From Giardia intestinalis (Eukaryota), in NCBI GenBank assembly GCA_000002435.2, contig CM018790.1: 64,000 bases of DNA, one strand, 5' to 3'. The translations under genes and the position numbers were made by a program. Within the stretch, counting starts at the first letter, position 1. Each line of letters opens with the position of its first letter. This document shows, one piece after another, positions 39,045 to 48,800 of this stretch. The notes beneath the pieces are model-generated. The model did not search any database and was not told where the DNA came from. It saw only the letters and a list, made by a program, of their open reading frames with translations.

Positions 39045-39840
39045 GCGCACTCGAGAGCGTCAGTTTCGTTCGTATCCTCGTTAGGTGAGTATCTACGACA
39101 TTGAAGATATCTTCCGCCACCTGCTCGGCCGTGGTCTCGACGAATGGGCAGTCAATGCCACCCTTTTCCCAGAGGCCGGACAAAAAGTTGCCAGGGTATA
39201 TTTCCTCTACGTGTGCATGCGGTAAGTCATGTCGAGCACAGTCCACCAGGCCACGGAGAGCAAACTTGGCCACACAGTACGGGCAGCAGTCGACGGTTCC
39301 TTCCCAACTAAGGGGATCAGAGCCGACGGCCACATAACAGCAGTACCTGTTCCCCGAAAGAGTGGGGAGATACCGGAGGCTTTGCTGCATAGGCAGGACG
39401 TGCGCAGAAATGGCATCCAGTATGTCCTGCGGTGTCGTCTCCCCCACAGAGCGGCATGCAAGGGCTCCTGTACAGGTGACAACAGCAATGAGAATGCCCT
39501 TGCCACGCTGCTGTGCAGGTGATGGACGGCTGGTGCCTGCATACCATGCCTCGGCCTCGTCCAGGCTTGAGCACGCAATACCCAACTCACCCAGTAAACG
39601 CTCATAGGTAAGCCAGAACTGGTCTGCAGACGGGTCTCCACGTATGATGCGCAGCCTCTTGTAGCAGGAAGCAGTGGAGGCGGGGGCCCTTTCCGCATCT
39701 TCAAGAAGCGCATCCAAAGACCCGGTATCCGCGCGATCGCGCACCTGTGCATGCACAGAGAACCCTTCGAGGAGAAGCTTGCAGGTTACAGCAACGCCCA
39801 GGGTACCGTTGGCGCCCAGGACCAGAACAAATAGAGACAT
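39034..39840 (-). CDS. Short-chain dehydrogenase/reductase-type NAD(P)-binding oxidoreductase (268 aa)
   Basis: N-terminal Rossmann motif VLVLGANGTLGVAV. Active-site YxxxK as YCVAKFALRGL. The 3' end overlaps the convergent nucleotidyltransferase gene by 11 nt. The ATG at 39840 is 32 nt from the ATG of the divergent giant gene. Confidence 0.55.
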   Translation of the reverse strand: MSLFVLVLGANGTLGVAVTCKLLLEGFSVHAQVRDRADTGSLDALLEDAERAPASTASCYKRLRIIRGDPSADQFWLTYERLLGELGIACSSLDEAEAWYAGTSRPSPAQQRGKGILIAVVTCTGALACRSVGETTPQDILDAISAHVLPMQQSLRYLPTLSGNRYCCYVAVGSDPLSWEGTVDCCPYCVAKFALRGLVDCARHDLPHAHVEEIYPGNFLSGLWEKGGIDCPFVETTAEQVAEDIFNVVDTHLTRIRTKLTLSSAPKV

Positions 39841-39872
39841 TTCCCACTCAAAAAAGAGGCGACCGGGACTCG

Positions 39873-42800
39873 ATGCACACAGCGAGGCGCGTCGGCGAGC
39901 TGCTCAATGTCTTCTACTTGCTAGAGGATCCCCGGAGCGCAGCATATGGCCGCACCTCACCCACTACACTTACTCCACCGGCAGGTATCCAATGCTCCGA
40001 CAGCCAGATCCTCACAAGGGGCATTCTGAACTTCCAGGGCGTCCTGGAGAGGCTCCGCATTGCATGCGACTCTGAATACAGCCTTTACAGCCCCGTCACA
40101 GCTTTGTTGGAAGGCCAGGAGCACTTTCGCCCCCTTGGAGCAAAGCAGCAGGGTTCCCGGTCGGACGCTAGTCACGAGCGGATAGGACGGCCTCCCAGGC
40201 GGACTACTAATTACGTTAGATTTTACGACTGGCATGTCTGCTCCTGCATATTGTCACCGTTAGAATTGAATACTTTCCAGCGAGCTTTACGGGTGCTGCT
40301 GGAGGTCAAGCAGCCAATAAAGATCACATCAGATATAAGTGTCAATCCAGGAGAGTGGATGCACCCCTATGGAAGCAGCAAACCTCTTCACATCATAGCA
40401 AATATGGGTAGACAGCGTTCTTCTGATGCAACACTCTCTCCATTACTCACCCTATCATATCAACAGGATGCATACACAGCGGTAGAAGAGGGTCCAGAGC
40501 CAGTAAAAGCGTCTTCTCTTTTGCCTGCCGTAACTACTTGGTTGAAACATCCTCCAGCACTATCTCAACAGTCATCCCACTCACTAGGTTCGGCAGAAGC
40601 ACTTTCTAATACAGGACTACTCAGTGGCTACTTTATAGGCAGTTTTCTCTCTCAGCCACTACAAAGGAATAAACTACTGAGCACAAGGCAGGCAAATGCA
40701 GGGACAGCTAGCGGTACTGCAGACGCACAATTACAGCCTGCAGAAGATTGCAATAGGATGAGCGGTGATGTATCATTGTATGCCTACGAGCCTCTGTGTA
40801 CTAGTACTTATTCGCAGTTTGGAGAGCCAACGAGTCTATCAGACACGTTTTGCAGACAGCCTTCTGATAACTTTAATCAACCTGATAGTAAGACCGAGGA
40901 GGAGGAGCTCACTCCAGAGCTCTCATCTAGAAACATATGCACATTGCAGACGGCAACTGCCGATGGAATAGCCATATTGGGTGAATATTTTAAGAACGAG
41001 CGGCTTTGGAAACAACAAACAGCGGCTTTCCTAGCTAAACGCGCGGTTATGTCTATCGAGGATAGGCTTCGACAAAGAAATCGCCTAAAGTCTTCCCCTA
41101 AGACCGAAGCTGTCCTCATAGAGCAATTTTGGTCGACCGTTACTAAGGCTATCTCGCTGAGGGCTACAGATGATATAAATAACGAGGAAATTATGTGCCT
41201 TGTGCGCGATTCTGATGATAATTCGCAGAACTATGGGCACAGTAATCACCCACCAGAGATAGAGCACCGAGCTGCAGCTGACAATACTATAGAGCTCTCT
41301 GAGCTGGCTCCGTTTGCAGACCCTCACTCTCCCGTGCCTCCGTTTGAGCCACTGGAGGTTGCTGGGCCCAAACACATAGACTGTGAGTCTCTTTATTGCA
41401 TGGATGGAAACCTTATCCAAGGAGTGGGCGCTATAAGTGCATCTATGCCTGCCAAGCCTACCATGCAAATAGGGTCGGTTGACCATACAGACACGCCTCA
41501 CCTGTGTCCACTTTATCAAAATGTGCGGCAAATATTCAGGCTTTTCAGTGCAGACCTATCTGTGTCTCTTAACCTTTTGCAGATTCTATTCACTAATCTT
41601 ATTCTAAAGTTCCTCACGCTTTCTCAACTGCTGAGTCTTTCTACTTCTACATGCTGGTATCACACTGTCACATTTGTAATAAGAACAGGTCGAATTATGG
41701 CCGTTTCGATCCGTCCTCAACAAGGAAGTAAGTTCTTGTTTAGAGCCAGAAAGACCACACATAGGCAATCCTTTTTACAACTACGGTCCTCCTACAAGTA
41801 CCTTCCAATGGATCTGGCGCTGTTGAATGCCAGCTACCAAGTCCATAAGCAACAAAAGACACCACAGGAAGGCTTTCTGGCTCGCTTAGAGATCACCAGA
41901 GCTGCCGTTTGCCGTTTGCTATACCTGCACCCTTCAGCTCAATACACACCAGAGACCCATTCGATAACACAGCTCTTTATGCTGTCGGACCAAATCTCGG
42001 CACACGGTCTCATTCTAGAAACCCGCTTCTTTATGGAGCATTCACTTCTCTTGAATAACAACACCGAGCTTTCCACGTTAACAGAGGTAGACGTTCTCAT
42101 CAAGTTCTTGACAGAGTACTTGATGTCTGAGCCGCTCTTTGACTTTGGTTCATTTAACTCTGACATCCTATTGTCCGAATACTATCTCAAGCATCAATTA
42201 CCAGGCAAAGAGAGCTGCTCCTTGACTAGTTCACATTCCCGTAGTGCTTATGACAGCACTTTAGTAAAGCCATTAGCACTAGAGCAAGTATCTGAGAAGA
42301 AAGATAACCGAGTGTATGATCAACGGGACCATCTTAACCACGAAGCTGTCATGCTCTATAATCAGCTCTTAAGCATATATAAAGACACACTTCCATTATT
42401 CTTTACCAAAGCGGACGATTCGAAAAGCCTGCCTAAAAGGCAAACCGAGCTAGACATGGTAGTACCCTACCTGTACTACCACCCCAATATTAGGCACCTT
42501 TTGCCATACCAGGCGCACATGCTCCTGGGCGTTTCTGCTTCCTATATTACAGGGAACAATTCCTTTATTATACGTGCGCCGAGAAAGGTTGGTGTACTGC
42601 GGTTTGTTATATCAACGTTTCTAACACGGTCAGCTGCTCTGCAAAATCTCAGGTATGCGTGCGCAGGGATGCATCTTGAGGGTAAGGGTGTTGCAGGCCT
42701 CAAAGTGCCCAATCAGATTGCGCCTTCCGCAACGAAAAAAGACTATAGCTCTGCTTCACTAGACGGCATGCTAAGGAGAGAGCAAGTGCATCTGGTACTT

Positions 42801-45800
42801 TGCGAAGAAGGAAAGGTAGAAGGGTTTGTTAACATGTACATCAGATTGCTCTTCGGAGCGCGTGTGTATGACGTCGTTTCCAGAGAAATGTTTGGCCAAA
42901 ACGTGGACCAATTCTTACTTGATATGAAATCACGGAAGCTTTCGCAAGAGCATACACATGTAGATGATGTATCCTCTGTAGCAGACCATTGCTCGGGGCA
43001 GTCTAGCACATTCTATCCTAGCTCTGTGTCTCCCATCAACTTTATGGATATTCTTGGCCAGAAGATGCTGCTGGATGATATGGAGTCTACTCTTTTTATT
43101 ACTATTCTTTCCTGCAATCCGCATCGGAACAGCGTTCCAGTAGCAGAAATCACGAAAGGTACAGCGTTTGGGCCTCTTAAGCCGCGCTCAAGCAACAGCA
43201 ATGTGTTTAGATGCATGAGTTCGAGCGACTGCAACCCTGCAACTATCAGCTTGCCATATGCACGCCGCTGTGAGGCTTCACACAAGCCTTCTCGTGCGAA
43301 TGACGCGTCTTATTTGGGGATGGAGTTGCTAGACACCAATCCCGTCGACTCAGAACGCCATGTACGGTGTGTATCCTATGTTATTGGGCCTGAAGCCGAA
43401 AACCAAAAGACTATCAGTGTTCCGTCGCGCATTGTGTTCAACCTCTTCGATCAACTGCACGGATTTCAGCAGAGCTCGAACCAGGTAGATCAGCCTACCT
43501 CTATCAAAGTATTTGTAGTAACATACGATGCGTTACATTATAACTATGCCTATACAAATGGACAGATCCTATCTCTTATTAAAGAGGCTAAGCGATTAGA
43601 CACCCTGGTGGTCCACAGGATTAAGGACCATGCACCACATTTGCCAATACACATGTACAAGGCCGATTTCATCGTCAGTGTTGAGAGTGCATATCTTCTC
43701 AACAAGGGTGACGATCTGCGACAAGAGGAGGAGACCAGGAAAAAGTTGCTCCAGCTCCAGAGTGCGCACTCCACAACTCTCACAGATAAGGCCTCTATCA
43801 AGCAGCTACAGACCCACGATAAGCGTGCCACAAGTAGCGTTACAATCTATTCAAGTGCGCCTTCACATGAACGGATTTCGCAGCCATCGTGTACGGGAGA
43901 CCAGACGGTCCTGTCAGAGCAAAACGATCCTTCTCCCCTAGGCACAGACCGGCAAAGTGAGCAGAGCTACATTTTATATGACACAGTTAGTGCGCCCAGC
44001 AGTAGTTTGACGCGTGTGATTGAGGATACCCCTGTGCACCTACTCTTCTTCGATCTCGTAGCTTTAAACTATGAGCCCTCCACTCCTGTGCTCACTAGCA
44101 TCTATGACATGAAACTGCTGGATAAGGTCCTTACTGATCCCGCAATTGCACTACTCTTCTTGGACGCCTCTAAGAAGGGTTCTTGTAGTATCTACCTCCA
44201 CGATATTCACGGCTATGGCCCACAGATCGCTTATCGCTTCCCCAATCTTCAACATATTCCGCTGGTTGTTCCGAGAAGAGACAGACAGTATGTGCAGGAT
44301 CTCTCACCATCAGACTATTTCGCACACTTTCCGCTACATCAGCAAGTGGTCGATGTTTGCAACCCATACTCTTTCGACGTCATTGCACCGAGCAAGCGTG
44401 GTACTACTCTACAATCAGTGACCACGTTCGGTGGCCCATCTTATTCTTACCCTTTATCTTACCCTTTAAGGAATTTCTCATCAAAGTTCAGAACCTCTGA
44501 TCAATCTATTTCAGACGACACACTTAAGCTTGTCACTAAGTTCATTTCATTTGATAGCTTCATAACTGATTTAAATGCAAGCTATAACGCACTTCTTGTT
44601 CAGCACCAGATAGTAACTGCCAAGCACGGAAGCACAAGAACCAGGCACAGTACGAATTTCTGGTCACATATGGGGGCATATATGAATCCCGTGGTTCTCA
44701 CTACTACGATGAATGTTAGCTCGCTAGATAGTGTTGCATCCATTCTTGCACGGTCACACAGTATAGCATTTGGCCGTGGTTCTGAGGGAGCTTGGCTACG
44801 GATGATCGACTCAGATCTATGGGATAGCTATGCGTATCCGCATACATTCAGTAGCATATGTAACAGTATGATACGCCACAATGCTAGGTTTCCTTCAGCA
44901 TATAAAGACTCTTTGGGATCCTCCTTGGATATGACAGTTGTCTCCGATATTCGGCGATCCTTCCCCGAGAAGTATCTCAATGCTATGATATCTCACCTGG
45001 AGCATTTACAGCAGCTTTGGGTGCGTACAGATGGAAGTCTTTTTCTCATTCCTGCAGCACCGCGGGCAGCTCCACGCTCCAGCGTGCTTAGCAATTATCC
45101 ATCCGATCAGTCAACAGCACAGACCCTTTCTCACAACATGTCTATCCCCTTTTCTGTCTATGACAAGCTCTTTATAGATTTCCAAAAGACCGTAGAGACA
45201 AATCACAATCAGAAATCTCTCTGTTTTGTTTCGTCTGGAGACTCATGGAGCAACATCTCACGTTCTGTAGTGTATCAAACGCGGTCTATTTCACTCCTAG
45301 TTGCGATAGAGCTTATTGACATCTTCAAGCGCCTCCTGTATAGGCAGACACCACATGGTAAGCTCAACAATCATACGCCTAACCCCATGCTTCAAGCCAG
45401 CTTTGAGGCAGGATCTTTTTCTGCAAAGGATCGAGTAAGCAAACCTGTGCTTGATATGCTTGCGAGTCAGTTGAATGAAACGCTTGTCAGGATCGAGACG
45501 ACTGCCAAAAGTCTGCTCTTCTCTGCATATCATTCGTATCACACGAGCATGTGCTGTACCACGCAGCAACTCACATGCCTCCAGCCAATGGCTAAGCTTG
45601 AGAAGATGGACCGATTGCCGAACTTAGTGGTTTTCTCATTACTGAATACAATTCGGCTTACGATCATCCTTCCCCGCTACACGCAATTGGTGTGTGCTCA
45701 AGCCAGGCCAAAATTGTATGGTGATCCATGCATCTGTCCGCACGCTACCAGTACGTTTGCTCGCATCAAGAATAAGCTGTCCTATGCAGTGGAGCTGAAG

Positions 45801-48800
45801 AACAAAGCAACTTACGTGTTTAAGATACCGTTTAAGACGCAAATTCAGCCGAAATACCTCAGCATGCTCCACAAGCGCCCCCTTCTACAGCACCTGTATC
45901 AATTAGATAATCAAAACACACGCAACTTACACGATAATTTCTTTAATCGCATAGACTTTTCCTCAATGCGGTCCAGGATTGAGGCCAACAACAATAGCAT
46001 ATCGCAATATGTAGGCTCTCTTCTATTTTTCTACAGAATGTTACTGAGTATAGATGCCAATATTAGTAGCAGCACCACAAGTCGAGACACTCAGTTCGTA
46101 GTGGCTTTTCCGTTCGCTCATAACTTTTATTCGTCTGTGACCATGCAGCTTTTAGGATCTGCCCCAAGCGGCCACATGCTCGATAGTTTTGGCTGCCTCC
46201 TTCCCTTGAAGCTGGTCACTTACAGCGCAACTCAACATCCTATCTATTCAATAACTCGCGAAGACAAATTAGTTGGGGGCTTTTTAATCGCCTCGTCAAC
46301 CCCCAATGACATCAGTCTCTACTCCATCAACTGTGGTGCTAGTGCTATAAGTAGGGGGAAAGACTCCACTGTACCAGACAATCCACCTTCGTTACTCTCT
46401 GCTTTCCTTAATGAAATCAATCCCTCAGAAGAGGATACTAACGTGGAGTTACTGTCATCTATGCTGGTCATGTGTGGTAGGCTGTGCTGTGCTACGTGTC
46501 CCTTATCCTCTATGATGTATAAAATCCTTGCAAATAGTACAAGTGGAGTGCTTGCGTCTGCCGTGAACCTGATAAGGCTTCTTACCCAGGAAATCCATAC
46601 ACTGAATGTCATATACACCGAAACCCCCGTAATAGTTGCCGTATGCTTTGCTATACGACGGCTTTTCATCGAGTTTGGCCTATATGGCAAGAGGCATAAG
46701 CCGACAGCAGAAATAATAAAGCAATCCTATCGCAAGTACAGACAGGAAGCGCATAAATATAAGTTCGGCGATGACCATGCCACGCTTTGCCCTATGTCCC
46801 TACAGAGATTGAATAACGTAACATTGGCGTCTGCCATGTCGAACGCGAACAAAAGTGCATCCAATGTCAACAGCAGTCCGCCACTTTCCAATGATAGTCC
46901 CCGTGGTTCCAATTGCTTTAATGTCCGCTATACTGACGCTTCACAGTCATCCAACGAAAATCAACGAAGCAAACAGACAATTAATGGATGTCTACCCTAT
47001 AAAAAAGAAAATTCCTACAATAGAGTGCCACTTTCACCCCCAGAATCTTCTATAGCAAGAGAGCTCATCGAAAATAAGGGTGTAGCTGACAGGCATACAC
47101 CGTCAAGGGTCCTCTACATATCCACCAAGGAGCCACCTAGAAAGCGCGGGATTGCCTCAAAGGCAGATGAATTAGGACAGATTACCGCAAGTATTCGGTC
47201 AGAGATATCTGCCGTCGACGCTGCAGAACGTGCAAACGAGCCCTCGGAGGGCTCCAACGATCTTTCAGAGTTTTGCCAGAGCACACAACCAGAGTATGCT
47301 TCTAAGTGTACCACCAGCTTGCTGTATTCAAGGGAGCAGGGGGTCACCGGGGCCCCCACTGATGGAGTGGGAAACATGTCTGCGCTACTAAAATCCCACA
47401 CTGAAGAAAGGATCAGCAAGCCATACACCCTGTACCACGATAACTCGGATGACAATGAGCACGACATCGATGATGCTTTCCTTAGGACTATGGGCTTTAA
47501 CTTTATCTTAGTGCTGGTAAGTACCCAAGACACCTTACAGATGCTTGGGGCAATCATGGGTTTCTCATTGGGAGATTGCAACGCTAACATCATCATACCA
47601 AAGAGTAACGAGGTCTTAGCATACATCACGCCTACTACATCTGCTGCAACAACGGTATCTTCCATAGGCAGGAAGAACTTAGCCTACATAGGTCTATCGG
47701 AATTATCCATTCAATCAAAGAAAAGCTGCTACGATAACAATATAAAGACTACTACTGAGGCCCAGGAACCGATACTACGAAACCTTGCAAACGAAGAAGG
47801 AAAGTGTATTGTTCTCCAGACAGTGGCAGACTTCATTGACAGCGTCGAGCGCTTTAGAGACGCTCAGCGAATCCACCTATTTGCGATGCCATGCGTCCAA
47901 AATATATTAATAGTAGAAGCTATTCATCGGGCGAATATGGCCGAGAAGATCATATGCTGGTCAAGTCCGCCTTTGTACAGAGCTTTTGATCACTTATTGG
48001 CGGACGTTGCAATAAGTGCTGAGCTTCTAGAGAGGTTGAGACCCGTCGGCATGCCCTTTCAGGATGATATTACGTCACTTCCTGAAGAGCTTCAATACAC
48101 TATCCTGAATCAAGCAGGAAACAGGCCGCTGCAGCAGCTCCTAGTATCAATCGTGGGACTGATAAAAGAATTTGGTTATAACATATCCCGCTTTTCTATT
48201 TTCGATGACGACCCAGCACGATTTGCGATGCCCAAGTTCGACTCTTCTATGGAGCAAGAGTCTCTTAGCACCGAGTCGCAGATTGATGCAGAGAAGATGT
48301 CAGATGAATTTCCTAACAACGGCAGGCATGACGCTGAGATTACAGAATGTGACCCCCAGCCTACTACAGAATATACCTGCAGAACAGAGCCGCCCGAATA
48401 TTCGTTTGTGCTAGATTGTAATCATAAAAATAATAGACATACAAGCGTCCTTCAGAGGTGTGTCAAGCATGCTATTCGTGAGAAATTTCAAGAGGGCTTT
48501 TCTGTGGGGCCAAACGCGGAAGATTTTGATATTCGGCACAGCCTAGAACCACTTGGTGTAGAAGGCATACAACACCCAGAATACAATTCGGTAGAAAAAG
48601 ATCACGGACAGACAGACGGATCCATCATGCTACATGAGACGCTTGCTGCACTGTCGTCACTGCGTGGTGCATACTCTCAGCTCACATTTCCGCTTCGTAG
48701 TGACATGTACCAGATGGATTTGAGTTGCTGCCCACTAAATATAGTGAAGCTGCTATCACAGGGGGTGTTTTTAAGCAAGCATAGCAATGTAAGTCATTTT

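Noticed and set aside
37787-40235. Many overlapping short ORFs (38216-38452, 38236-38529, 38537-38766, 39207-39752, 39229-39607, 39957-40235 and others)
   Set aside because: The same GC-rich artefact, over the nucleotidyltransferase, the SDR and the 5' end of the giant gene. The real genes there have clear homology, and these do not.
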